A stretch of DNA of 64,000 nt from an uncultured Clostridia bacterium (GTDB lineage: Bacteria > Bacillota > Clostridia > Christensenellales > UBA1242): NCBI GenBank assembly GCA_944345365.1, contig CALVMJ010000004.1, positions 1,457 to 65,456 on the forward strand, written 5' to 3'. Made by a program: the position numbers and the translations under genes. The notes below the pieces were generated by a model, which saw nothing but the letters and a program-made list of their open reading frames with translations, did no database searches and had not been told where the DNA came from. Below, piece by piece: positions 30,067 to 39,414 of the stretch (position 1 is its first letter; each line of letters opens with the position of its first letter).

Positions 30067-32499
30067 TTAAACTCCTTCCGAAGAAAATAACAACTCTTTT
30101 CCATCACTATCAATTACAATAGTTCCTTTCTTCATAAGTTCTCCCATCAATATTTTTTCTGCAATCCTGTCTTCAACTTCTTGTTCCAAATATCTTTTTA
30201 AAGGCCTTGCACCATAGCCTGCAACTTTTCCCTTCTCTACAATAAATGAAAGAGCTTCTTCTGTAATTTTTAAAGAAAGGTCTTTGTCTTTTAACCTCTT
30301 GTTTACATTGGAAATAAGAATTTTTGCAATTTCAACCATTTCGCTATCTGATAATGGATTAAATATACAAATACTATCTATTCTGTTAATAAATTCTGGC
30401 TTAAATCTTTGCTTTAATGCGTCAAGATAAATTTGTTTATCTTCAACCTTTTCTTGATCTCCAAATCCCAGTTTTCTGTTAGAGGCAACCTCTTTTGCTC
30501 CAAGGTTACTTGTCATAATTATAATAGTGTTCTTAAAGCTTACAGTTCTTCCTTGTCCATCAGTTAGTCTTCCATCGTCAAGAATTTGCAAAAGTGCATT
30601 GAAGATGTCTGGATGAGCTTTTTCTATTTCGTCAAATAACACAACCGAATACGGCTTTCTTCTGACCTGTTCTGTGAGTTGCCCTCCCTCATCAAAACCA
30701 ACATACCCAGGAGGAGAACCGATTAATTTTGACACAGAATGACTTTCCATATATTCACTCATATCAATTCTTATGATATTGTTTTCATTGTCAAACATAG
30801 CCTCTGCAATAGCTTTTGAAAGTTCTGTTTTACCAACACCAGTTTCACCCATAAAGAGGAAAGAACCAATCGGTCTTTTGCTGTCTTGAAGCCCCACTCT
30901 TGAGCGCCTTATAGCCCTTGAAACAGCCTTAATCGCCTCATCTTGTCCAATAACTCTTTTATGAAGAATTTCTTCAAGATGCAAAAGTTTTTCTTTTTCG
31001 CCCTCAGTTATCCTCGTAACAGGAATACCCGTCCACTTTGAAACAACACTAGCAATTTCCTCCGCGCCGATAGTCTTGGATTGATTTCTTGTATTAATTC
31101 CAAGCTTTTCAGTCTTGGCTTTAAGCTCGTCTTCAAGTTTTATTATCTCTGATTGAAGCTTGGCTGCTTTTTCATAATTTCTTTGTATAGATGCCTCATC
31201 TCTGTTTGAGGAAAGCTGTTTGATTTGGTCTTCAATAACTCTAAGCTCATGTGGTTTTAATGTAAAGTTAACCTTTGCCTTACTACTTGCTTCGTCAATT
31301 AAATCAATGGCTTTGTCTGGCAAACTTCTGTCCATAATATATCTATCAGATAAAACTGCCGCCGCCTCAATAGCCTCATTTGAAATAGTAATCTTATGGA
31401 ATGCTTCATACGAGTCTCTCAATCCTTTTAAAATCTGAATTGTTTGTTCAACAGAAGGTGGATTGACAAGAATCGGTTGAAATCTTCTTTCCAAAGCCTT
31501 ATCTTTTTCTATAAATTTTCTGTATTCATCGGTAGTTGTCGCCCCTATTGTTTGCATCTCTCCTCTTGCAAGATATGGCTTTAACATATCTGCTGGGCTT
31601 GCCTCTCCTTTTTCTGAACCGGCCTGAGCAAGAGTATGCAACTCATCTATAAAAACAATAATATTCTTGCTGGAAATAATAAGGTCAATTGCACCTTTAA
31701 GTTTTTCTTCCATTGCTCCCCTATATTTTGTTCCAGCCATAAGCCCGCCAATTTCCAAAGAGAATATTACCTTGTCTTTTAAAATTTCAGGAACATCTCC
31801 CGAAACAATAGCTTGTGCTAGTCCTTCAACGACAGCCGTCTTACCAACACCAGCCTCTCCAATTAAAACAGGATTATTTTTTGTTTTTCTGCAAAGTATT
31901 TCAATCACTCTTTGAATTTCTTCCTCTCTGCCAATAACTGGATCAAGCTTATGTTCTTTTGCTTTAAGAGTAATATCAACCCCCATTTCTAAAAGTTTGT
32001 CAGGAAGTGCGCTTTTTAAGCCAGACGCAGACTTTTCTTCATTTTGAACATCTTTTTCGGAAACTTGTAAACTTGCATAAGTTTTTGCTTTAAGTTCGTT
32101 TAAATTAACTCCATAGTGATTTTCCAAAAGTTTTAATGCCACAGAGCCAGGGCTTGAAAGCAAGGCAAGTAGCAAATGTTCTGTTCCAATAAAGGTATGT
32201 CCCATTTGCAAGGCTATTTGCTGGGCTATTCTAAACAAATCTTTTACCCTTGGAGAAAGCTCCACACTCCCATAAAGAGATTCCCCCATTGAATTTTCTT
32301 CAAACAATAAAAACATATCCTCTTCGCTTACGCCATATTGAGAAAGAAGGGTCGAAGCAATGCTGTCCTTAACAGTTGTTAAGCCATATAAAATATGCTC
32401 CGTTCCAACAACATCACTACCAAAACGCAAGGCGATTTTTGATGCATTTTTTATAACCTTTTCAATATTATCTGAAAATGTTCCCGACATAAAATTCAT
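30067..32499 (-). CDS. clpC: ATP-dependent Clp protease ATP-binding subunit ClpC
   Basis: Clp_N repeats, two AAA+ modules (GEAGVGKT and GETGVGKT), and a UVR-like middle domain. It follows mcsB. Confidence 0.95.
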   Translation of the reverse strand: MNFMSGTFSDNIEKVIKNASKIALRFGSDVVGTEHILYGLTTVKDSIASTLLSQYGVSEEDMFLLFEENSMGESLYGSVELSPRVKDLFRIAQQIALQMGHTFIGTEHLLLALLSSPGSVALKLLENHYGVNLNELKAKTYASLQVSEKDVQNEEKSASGLKSALPDKLLEMGVDITLKAKEHKLDPVIGREEEIQRVIEILCRKTKNNPVLIGEAGVGKTAVVEGLAQAIVSGDVPEILKDKVIFSLEIGGLMAGTKYRGAMEEKLKGAIDLIISSKNIIVFIDELHTLAQAGSEKGEASPADMLKPYLARGEMQTIGATTTDEYRKFIEKDKALERRFQPILVNPPSVEQTIQILKGLRDSYEAFHKITISNEAIEAAAVLSDRYIMDRSLPDKAIDLIDEASSKAKVNFTLKPHELRVIEDQIKQLSSNRDEASIQRNYEKAAKLQSEIIKLEDELKAKTEKLGINTRNQSKTIGAEEIASVVSKWTGIPVTRITEGEKEKLLHLEEILHKRVIGQDEAIKAVSRAIRRSRVGLQDSKRPIGSFLFMGETGVGKTELSKAIAEAMFDNENNIIRIDMSEYMESHSVSKLIGSPPGYVGFDEGGQLTEQVRRKPYSVVLFDEIEKAHPDIFNALLQILDDGRLTDGQGRTVSFKNTIIIMTSNLGAKEVASNRKLGFGDQEKVEDKQIYLDALKQRFKPEFINRIDSICIFNPLSDSEMVEIAKILISNVNKRLKDKDLSLKITEEALSFIVEKGKVAGYGARPLKRYLEQEVEDRIAEKILMGELMKKGTIVIDSDGKELLFSSEGV

Positions 32500-32501
32500 A
32501 T

Positions 32502-33512
32502 TTAACCTCCAATAACAACCAAATTTTTTACTCTTTTGGATATATACTCAGCTCGGACAACATTTTCCTCTTTTTCTTTTGAAAATTTTATAATTTCCTT
32601 TAAAGTTGCCCCTCCGCCATGATAATAAAGCTTCATAAACATCTCTTGGTCCTTAATTGAAAAAAAATTAAAATAACTTCCAAGCTTTAAAAGGGATAAA
32701 AGTTTAATCATTTCTTTTTCTGAAATACTATAACAACAAGTTAAAATTCCGTATGCCCTTTGAACTTCATCTTTTATTTCGCTATAATTGTTGTCAAAAA
32801 TCTGCTGTCTTAAACTCTCCTCTTGTGCACAAATATCAAGAAAAAAGTCTGACACCTTGTCTATAATCTGCTCCTCACTAAGTCCAAGTGAGTGCTGATT
32901 GGAAATTTGGTAAATGCTTCCAAGCCCCTCACTTCCCTCTCCATAAATACCTCTAAAAGTTAGCCCATATTTTCTGGCTTCTTCTGTTAATTCCTTTATC
33001 TTATTAAGCCTTTGAATTGCCGGAATAAAAACCATCACCGAAGCTCTCATTCCCGTTCCAAGGTTTGATGGGCTTGATGTCAAAAATCCATATTCATCAT
33101 CAAAAGAGATATTGAAATGATTTATTATACTTTCGTCAATAGGTAAAAGATTATTATAGGCCTGTTGCAAATCAAACCCCTTCACTATACTTTGCTCTCT
33201 TAAATGATCTTCTTCCCCAACCATTATAATTATATTTTCATCTTCATTTGTAACAACAGCTGATATGTCTCTATTTTCAATTAACTCTTTGCTTATAATA
33301 TGTCTTTCAAGCATAGCGCTACACTTTGAGATAGATATTTTGGAAAGAGGAAGATATGTAAAATCTCCCATATGTTCAAACAAGGCTTTTGTTGACTGAG
33401 TTAAAAAATCAATTTGATTTTTGTCGGTCAATTTGTTCATAAAATCAATACCCGAAAAGTTTCGAGCCAGCCTAATTCTGGAAGATATTGCTACATTACT
33501 ATAATTGTGCAT
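32502..33512 (-). CDS. mcsB: protein arginine kinase McsB
   Basis: ATP:guanido phosphotransferase motifs EEDHLR and SNLGTGMRASV. Confidence 0.9.
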   Translation of the reverse strand: MHNYSNVAISSRIRLARNFSGIDFMNKLTDKNQIDFLTQSTKALFEHMGDFTYLPLSKISISKCSAMLERHIISKELIENRDISAVVTNEDENIIIMVGEEDHLREQSIVKGFDLQQAYNNLLPIDESIINHFNISFDDEYGFLTSSPSNLGTGMRASVMVFIPAIQRLNKIKELTEEARKYGLTFRGIYGEGSEGLGSIYQISNQHSLGLSEEQIIDKVSDFFLDICAQEESLRQQIFDNNYSEIKDEVQRAYGILTCCYSISEKEMIKLLSLLKLGSYFNFFSIKDQEMFMKLYYHGGGATLKEIIKFSKEKEENVVRAEYISKRVKNLVVIGG

Positions 33513-33675
33513 TCTTTCTCCTTGTGCCTCTGCCTATATGTTTTTTGCCTTGATACATACTGTTTAGTGCCAATCTAAGATTATCAATCTCTTGATAACA
33601 ATGTTCGCACCCAACGAATCCACTTTCAAAAATGTCTTCATAAGAGGTTTTACAATGACTACAAATATTATTCAT
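33499..33675 (-). CDS. mcsA: minimal McsA-like zinc-finger activator (58 aa; not in the ORF track)
   Basis: Manual translation gives MNNICSHCKTSYEDIFESGFVGCEHCYQEIDNLRLALNSMYQGKKHIGRGTRRKNAQL. The CxxC-x14-CxxCY pattern aligns with the second zinc-finger pair of B. subtilis McsA (CPKCG...GCSECY...H.GK). Its ATG lies inside the tex stop context (GATGAATAA), and its 3' end overlaps the mcsB start by 14 nt. Confidence 0.7.
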   Translation of the reverse strand: MNNICSHCKTSYEDIFESGFVGCEHCYQEIDNLRLALNSMYQGKKHIGRGTRRKNAQL

Positions 33676-35830
33676 CTTCTTCCCTTTTTTCTATCCCTTT
33701 CATAGTAAGGGCAATCCTTTTTTTATTTAAATCAACGCTTAATATTTTAACTTCAACTTTTTGTCCAACCTTTAAGGCTTCACTTGGGTGTTTTATGAAT
33801 GAATCAGAAATTTGGGAAATATGAACAAGCCCGTCTTGGTGAACACCAATATCGACAAATGCTCCAAAATCTATAACATTTCTAACTGTGCCGGTAAAAA
33901 TCATTCCTTCTTTTAAATCTTCCATTGTTATAACATCGCTTCGTAAAATCGGTTTTGGCATTGATTCACGAATATCTCTTCCCGGTTTTAAAAGTTCTTT
34001 TATAATATCCCTAAGTGTTGGTTCGCCAATGCCAAGGCTCTTTGCAACGTTTTCAAAGCCTTTAAGCTCGACAAGTTTTGGCAAACTGTCTAAGTTATTA
34101 TTCTTAACATCTTGCTCGGTAAAGTTGAACATAGTCAAAAGTTTTCTCGTCGCCTCATAACTTTCTGGGTGAACACCAGTATTATCTAAAATGTTTTCGC
34201 CTCCAACAATACGCAAAAATCCAGCACATTGCTCGAATGCCTTAGGGCCAAGTTTACTTACCTTTAAAAGATCATTTCTATTCTTAATTCCGCCTTCTTT
34301 TGCTCTAAATAAAGCAATATTTTTAGCTATTGACATATTAAGTCCCGAAACATATGACATAAGACTTGGAGACGCCGTGTTTAAATCAACGCCAACGCTA
34401 TTAACACAGTCTTCAACAACACCCGTTAAAACCTCCGTCAACCTGTTTTGAGGCATATCATGCTGATACTGACCAACCCCTATTGATTTAACATCAATCT
34501 TAATCAGTTCCGCCATTGGGTCTTGAAGTCTTCTTGCAATGGAAACAGCACTTCTAAGTGCAACATCATAGTCCGGAAATTCCTCTGCTCCAAGTTTTGA
34601 CGCACTGTAAACAGATGCCCCTGCCTCACTTACAACAGCATAGCTAACCGGCCTATTCACATGCTTAATAAGTTCTGCCACAAAAATTTCTGCCTCTTTT
34701 GACGCCGTTCCGTTTCCAATCGAAATAACATCAACTTTATACTTTTCTATGAGTTCTTTTAGTTTCTGTATAGATTCTTCTGTCTTATTTTGAGGAGGAG
34801 TTGGATAAATAACCGTTGTTGCAAGAACATCTCCACTTCTGTCAATAACGGCAATTTTACAACCCGTCCTATAAGCCGGATCAAGACCAAGAATAATGTT
34901 GTTTTTTAAAGGAGCTTCCATTAAAAGAGGCTTTAAGTTAAGTTCAAACATTTTAATTGCGCCTTCGTTTGCAATATCTGTGAGATAGTTTCTGCATTCT
35001 CTTTCAAGCGAAGGGAACAAAAGCCTGTCATAGGAATCTTTGATCACTTCTTCTATAATAACATTTGTGTCTTCATTATCCTTTTTAAAATGCTTGTTTA
35101 TTAATTTGATCGACAATTCTTCTTCAATAACCAGGTCGACTTTTAAGCACTTTTCTCTTTCTCCCCTGTTTATTGCCAAAATCCTGTGAGAAGGAATATT
35201 TTTGATTTCCTGCTTAAATCCAGCATAGGTTTCATAAGTTGCACTGTTATCATTTTCAACAAGCTCACAACAAATCTTTGCCTTTTCAAGAAGAAGTTCT
35301 CTTAACTGCTTTCTTAGCTCTGCGCTGTCAGAAATTCTTTCTGCAACAATATCTTTTGCCCCAGCAACAGCTTCTTCAACCGATAAAACTTCGTCTGACA
35401 AATATTTTTCAGCCTCCTTGCTTAAAACAAAAGCTTTTGATTGAGCCTGCAAAACATCGGCAAGCCCTTCAAGCCCCTTGCTAATAGCAATTGACGCCCT
35501 TGTCTTTCTCTTAGGTTTATATGGCCTATAAATATCTTCAACTTCGGTTAGTGTCCTTGCATCGTTAAGAGCCTTCGCAAGTTCCTCTGTCCATTTACCT
35601 TGCTCCTCAATGTTCTTTTGAACCTTTTCTTTTTCTGCAGAAAGATTTCTTAAATATTTAAGTCTATCTGCAAAATTCCTTAAAATTTGGTCATCACAAG
35701 TTCCGTGCATTTCCTTTCTGTATCTAGCGATAAAAGGAATGGTGCATCCCTCGTCAATAAGATTTATAATGTTGTTTGAATAATCAAGTCTAATTCCAAA
35801 TTCACTTGCAAGTTGCTCTGCTATTTGCAT
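33668..35830 (-). CDS. tex: Tex-like transcription accessory protein (YqgF/HhH/S1 domains)
   Basis: 720 aa with the N-terminal block IPFIARYRKE, a YqgF-like core, and a C-terminal S1 domain (GTVRNVIDFGAFVDIG). Confidence 0.9.
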   Translation of the reverse strand: MQIAEQLASEFGIRLDYSNNIINLIDEGCTIPFIARYRKEMHGTCDDQILRNFADRLKYLRNLSAEKEKVQKNIEEQGKWTEELAKALNDARTLTEVEDIYRPYKPKRKTRASIAISKGLEGLADVLQAQSKAFVLSKEAEKYLSDEVLSVEEAVAGAKDIVAERISDSAELRKQLRELLLEKAKICCELVENDNSATYETYAGFKQEIKNIPSHRILAINRGEREKCLKVDLVIEEELSIKLINKHFKKDNEDTNVIIEEVIKDSYDRLLFPSLERECRNYLTDIANEGAIKMFELNLKPLLMEAPLKNNIILGLDPAYRTGCKIAVIDRSGDVLATTVIYPTPPQNKTEESIQKLKELIEKYKVDVISIGNGTASKEAEIFVAELIKHVNRPVSYAVVSEAGASVYSASKLGAEEFPDYDVALRSAVSIARRLQDPMAELIKIDVKSIGVGQYQHDMPQNRLTEVLTGVVEDCVNSVGVDLNTASPSLMSYVSGLNMSIAKNIALFRAKEGGIKNRNDLLKVSKLGPKAFEQCAGFLRIVGGENILDNTGVHPESYEATRKLLTMFNFTEQDVKNNNLDSLPKLVELKGFENVAKSLGIGEPTLRDIIKELLKPGRDIRESMPKPILRSDVITMEDLKEGMIFTGTVRNVIDFGAFVDIGVHQDGLVHISQISDSFIKHPSEALKVGQKVEVKILSVDLNKKRIALTMKGIEKREEDE

Positions 35831-35831
35831 A

Positions 35832-36770
35832 TTAATTTTTCTCCTTTAATTTTTCAATAATTTTTTCACATTCAATTTTAACATTTTCATAAAGTTTTTG
35901 ATCGAATTCTATCTTGCCTCTTTCAGAAAGAGCAAATTCCAAAACTTCATCAAATTTTAATATTGTTGGATCCTTTAAAAGCCCTCTGTTGACAACTCCT
36001 GCTAATTTGATTTCATCAATTATGTTATTATTTATCGGTGAGCATAACTTCACATCAATTTCCATATTTTTCATAGAATAAACATTTGCCACACCTTTTC
36101 CAAGGTTTAGGGAGTCGAAAAGACTGACAACTACTTTTGCACCGTAAGAAGCAATTTTTGCAAAATCATCTTTATCAGCATATATTCCTCCATAAACACT
36201 GCAATCTCTGTCAAACAACCCCACTTTTTCAATATAGTCAGCAGGTGGCATATCAAACAAAGAGTTAAGCATTCCTGTTTTTTGCAGGTCGTCAAAAAGC
36301 GTAACTAAAACCGGCAATTTATATTTACCCGAATATAACGAAACAGTGTTAGTTAAATCGTCCCCATCAAGATATGGATCCACCATAACTGCAAGCTCAA
36401 TTTTGCTAGACTTAAATTCCTTAACTATTTCTGGCAAATCATCTATGTCTTTGGCCTTTAAGTAAATCCTTCCTTTGAGTCCAAATTCTTCAAAAATACT
36501 TCTACATAAAACTGGATCAAGCGAAACAACATCAATCTCCGAAACACCAAGCTTAATATTTTCAAGTAGACAAAATTTGATTATATTTTCCAAATCCTTT
36601 TGACACAAACCATATTCCCTCAAAAATTCCTTTGAAGAAAGTTCAAAGAATCTTTCTTGCCACACAAGAATTTCCTTTGTGTCATAATGTTTTTTTATTA
36701 GGTTTAAGAACGGCAAGGAAAGGCTGTTTTTAAAAGCAAATGCCGATATATTTTTATCATAATAATTCAT
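35832..36770 (-). CDS. amidohydrolase-fold-like protein, apparently lacking metal ligands; function unknown
   Basis: The C-terminal half follows the MtaD/SsnA-type layout (..GAKVVVSLFDSLNLGKG..IDVKLCSPINN..EVLEFALSERG), but the usual His/Asp positions are substituted. This alignment was made from memory. Confidence 0.35.
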   Translation of the reverse strand: MNYYDKNISAFAFKNSLSLPFLNLIKKHYDTKEILVWQERFFELSSKEFLREYGLCQKDLENIIKFCLLENIKLGVSEIDVVSLDPVLCRSIFEEFGLKGRIYLKAKDIDDLPEIVKEFKSSKIELAVMVDPYLDGDDLTNTVSLYSGKYKLPVLVTLFDDLQKTGMLNSLFDMPPADYIEKVGLFDRDCSVYGGIYADKDDFAKIASYGAKVVVSLFDSLNLGKGVANVYSMKNMEIDVKLCSPINNNIIDEIKLAGVVNRGLLKDPTILKFDEVLEFALSERGKIEFDQKLYENVKIECEKIIEKLKEKN

Positions 36771-36889
36771 TCACATCACCTATATGCATATATTTTAACA
36801 AAGCTCTAAAAAAAAAGCAAACAAATACACTGCATTGCTAGTTTAAAACATTATGATGTGACTAAGTTTAAATAATTACTTAAAATCTC

Positions 36890-36918
36890 TTGACAAAACA
36901 AAAAAAATAGAATAAAAT
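36890..36918 (+). promoter_or_regulatory. sigma-A promoter for rpsU
   Basis: TTGACA (36890-36895), a 17-nt spacer, then TAAAAT (36913-36918). Confidence 0.6.
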
Positions 36919-36942
36919 TAAAAAGAATTTTGAAATTAGAAG

Positions 36943-37137
36943 GTGGTGAGAAGGTTGACTACAGTTAAGGTTGGAGAGAACGAAAATCTTGAAAGTGCTT
37001 TAAAGCGCTTTAAAAGAAAATGCCAAAAAGACGGAATTATCGGCGATATCCGTAAAAAAGAAGCATACTTAAAGCCAAGTGTTGCAAGAAAGAAAAAGAG
37101 CGAAGAAGCAAGAAAAAGAGCAAGAAAATCAAGATAA
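36943..37137 (+). CDS. rpsU: 30S ribosomal protein S21
   Basis: [25 protein letters not shown]...[16 protein letters not shown]. The real start is probably TTG 36955 (a 60-aa product) behind AGGTGGTGA, rather than the tracked GTG at 36943. Confidence 0.9.
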   Translation: MVRRLTTVKVGENENLESALKRFKRKCQKDGIIGDIRKKEAYLKPSVARKKKSEEARKRARKSR

Positions 37138-37147
37138 ATTTATTAAT

Positions 37148-37178
37148 AAAAAATCACCGGAAAATCTGGTGATTTTTT
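37148..37178 (+). terminator. rpsU terminator
   Basis: AAAAATCACCGG-AAAAT-CTGGTGATTTTTT. Confidence 0.75.
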
Positions 37179-37196
37179 ATGTCCTAACAATAATAG

Positions 37197-38162
37197 CTAT
37201 TCCTTTTTTCTAAAAAGCTTTTCCCATGGGAGAAAGGGAACGAGCAAAAAAATACCAAGAACACTTACAATAGGATAAAGAACTGATACTATTTGTCCAA
37301 AACCCAAAAAACTTGCAAAAAAAGGGAAAAATACTGAAATAAAAATATTAAAAAAGCCAAACACACCCAGTTTTTTAAGTGATTGAGAAATTGTAAAAAC
37401 AAGGGAAATAAGAGTTGTTAAACACCCCAAAAATATAACTACTCGCATAAGCGTATATATTTTTCCAGAACTAATTTCCAAAAGAGGCATAGACAAAAGC
37501 AAACTGCCTTCATTGCCCAAAAGAACAAAATTAATAAAGGTCAAAAGTAATGCCAAAATTAAGGAAGCGAAAAAACTCACAATAAGAATTTGTTTTTTTG
37601 TCATATCTTGCCCAAGCATTCCCATCACTAAACAGCTTGTCGAAACATTCATAACTACATACAAGATTGAAAACAAACTCCCTGAAAAAAAATCCCCGTT
37701 AACAAAGCTCTGGCTTTGACCAACATTTTTAATTAGGCACCCAAACAAAACAACAATAGTAAAAGGTATTAAGTAAGAATTAATCTTAGCAAGAAGTCCC
37801 ACTCCTTTTTGAGAAACAATAACACAACCAATTAAAAGAGAAATTATTAGAAAAATATCAATCCATTTAATGCCTGTGCTTATAGTCGCAGTTGTTCCTG
37901 CAAACATTGATGATGTGAAGACCAAACTCACAACAACAGAAATAATTAAAAATGCCTTGGAACTATAAAATTTTTGGACGCCTTTTTTGCCATAATATAA
38001 AATCCAATAGAAAACTCCGAAAAACAAAAGAAAAGCTATCGGAATAAAAACATACGAAAGCCAACCAAATCTTGAAAAAAACACAGCAATTTCTTTACCA
38101 CTAGCAAATCCCGAGCCTATAACCATTCCAATTATAAGCATAACTTTTCCAAATTCTTTCAT
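37197..38162 (-). CDS. YkvI-family membrane protein (transporter-like)
   Basis: 321 aa, about 10 TM segments. N-terminal GMVIGSGFASGKEIAVFF motif. Confidence 0.55.
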   Translation of the reverse strand: MKEFGKVMLIIGMVIGSGFASGKEIAVFFSRFGWLSYVFIPIAFLLFFGVFYWILYYGKKGVQKFYSSKAFLIISVVVSLVFTSSMFAGTTATISTGIKWIDIFLIISLLIGCVIVSQKGVGLLAKINSYLIPFTIVVLFGCLIKNVGQSQSFVNGDFFSGSLFSILYVVMNVSTSCLVMGMLGQDMTKKQILIVSFFASLILALLLTFINFVLLGNEGSLLLSMPLLEISSGKIYTLMRVVIFLGCLTTLISLVFTISQSLKKLGVFGFFNIFISVFFPFFASFLGFGQIVSVLYPIVSVLGIFLLVPFLPWEKLFRKKE

Positions 38163-38278
38163 ATTTTAGTATATAGCATTAAACTAAATAATATGTTTTA
38201 TTGCAAATAATTAATTTAGCTAACAAAAAAATAATTGATTTTATGAATTTATTTTATAAATAAACTCAAAATAAGAAT

Positions 38279-38965
38279 ATGAGTAAGAATTTTGCTTTAT
38301 ATGTTTTAATTTTAATGATAATAGTTTGCATGGTAACAAACATTTTTGTGTACCCTGTTTTTTCCAAATACACAAATCTCACATCAAAGGAAGTAGAGAG
38401 CATAAACAACTATCATGAAACCGAACTTTACCCTCAGGACAATCCCCAAAAAGAGCCTGCACCGAGTGAAGAAGAGCCAACTCTACCACCCGAACCAGAA
38501 GATCCACCAGAAGATGAAAGCCCAGAAAAAGACCCCGTAAAAGTTTCAAATCTTAACTGGTTTGACTCTGTCCACGCACAATTCCCTACCTACACAAAAA
38601 CGAGGGTAATTGACATAAAATCGGGGCTGACTTACTATGTATACCGAAACGGTGGGCATTATCACGCAGATGTCGAGCCAATTAACAAAGAAAATACCGA
38701 TATTTTTTTCAAGATATATAATTATGAATGGAGTTGGACAAGGAGACCTGTTTGGGTAGAAATATTGCCAAACTTTTGGGTTGCTGGAAGTATAAATGGA
38801 TATCCTCATGGAAACGCGTACATAAAAGACACCGGAATGGAAGGACACACCTGCATACACTTTCTTTTAAGCAAAACTCATGGAACTAAAAGAGTAGACG
38901 AAGCACATCAAGCCTGCGTTGCTTACGCCTACGAACATGGCGATGAAATTAGTAACTATTTGTGA
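38279..38965 (+). CDS. membrane-anchored or secreted protein with Pro/Glu-rich linker, function unknown
   Basis: N-terminal TM or signal anchor, a PQKEPAPSEEEPTLPPEPEDPPEDESPEKDP linker, and a globular C-terminal domain containing PHG-x12-GHTCIH. Confidence 0.5.
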   Translation: MSKNFALYVLILMIIVCMVTNIFVYPVFSKYTNLTSKEVESINNYHETELYPQDNPQKEPAPSEEEPTLPPEPEDPPEDESPEKDPVKVSNLNWFDSVHAQFPTYTKTRVIDIKSGLTYYVYRNGGHYHADVEPINKENTDIFFKIYNYEWSWTRRPVWVEILPNFWVAGSINGYPHGNAYIKDTGMEGHTCIHFLLSKTHGTKRVDEAHQACVAYAYEHGDEISNYL

Positions 38966-39414
38966 TATCTAATATTATTTAAAATTGTATAAGCCCGATA
39001 AATTTGTTCTAAAAGCATAATCCTTGCAAGATTATGTGGGAAAGTACTTAATCCAAAAGACAGTTTTTCGCTGGCTTTTTTCTTAACATTTTCGCTCACC
39101 CCAAATGAGGAACCTATAATAAAGGTAAATTCGCTTTGCCTTAAAGAAAGCGAGTTAATTTTTTGGGCAAAATCTTCACTTGAAAAATTTTTCCCCTCCC
39201 TGTCCATTAAAATTATGTAACCCTTGCATTTTGCGAGTATATCTTTGCCTTCTTTTTCGAGCGTAATTTCTGGTGAACTTTCATTATTCTTTTCTTCAAC
39301 CTCAAAAATGTTTAATTTGCAAAATCGTGAAAGTCGTTTTTGATATTCTTTCTCGGCCTCTTTCCAAAAACTTTCCTTTAAATTCCCAACACACAAGAGA
39401 TTAATAGTTATCAT
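38956..39414 (-). CDS. rlmH: 23S rRNA (pseudouridine1915-N3)-methyltransferase RlmH
   Basis: MITINLLCVGNLKE start and a SPOUT C-terminus (LSFGLSTFPHNLARIMLLEQIYRA). Start trimmed to ATG 39414, which overlaps the upstream stop. Confidence 0.85.
   Translation of the reverse strand: MITINLLCVGNLKESFWKEAEKEYQKRLSRFCKLNIFEVEEKNNESSPEITLEKEGKDILAKCKGYIILMDREGKNFSSEDFAQKINSLSLRQSEFTFIIGSSFGVSENVKKKASEKLSFGLSTFPHNLARIMLLEQIYRAYTILNNIRYHK

Noticed and set aside
35832-36942. A CtsR operator (direct GGTCAAA heptads) or a ctsR gene upstream of the tex-mcsA-mcsB-clpC block, and upstream of clpP.
   Set aside because: I scanned the upstream intergenic regions by eye and saw no tandem GGTCAAA-type repeat. 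No ORF has a CtsR-like winged-helix N-terminus.
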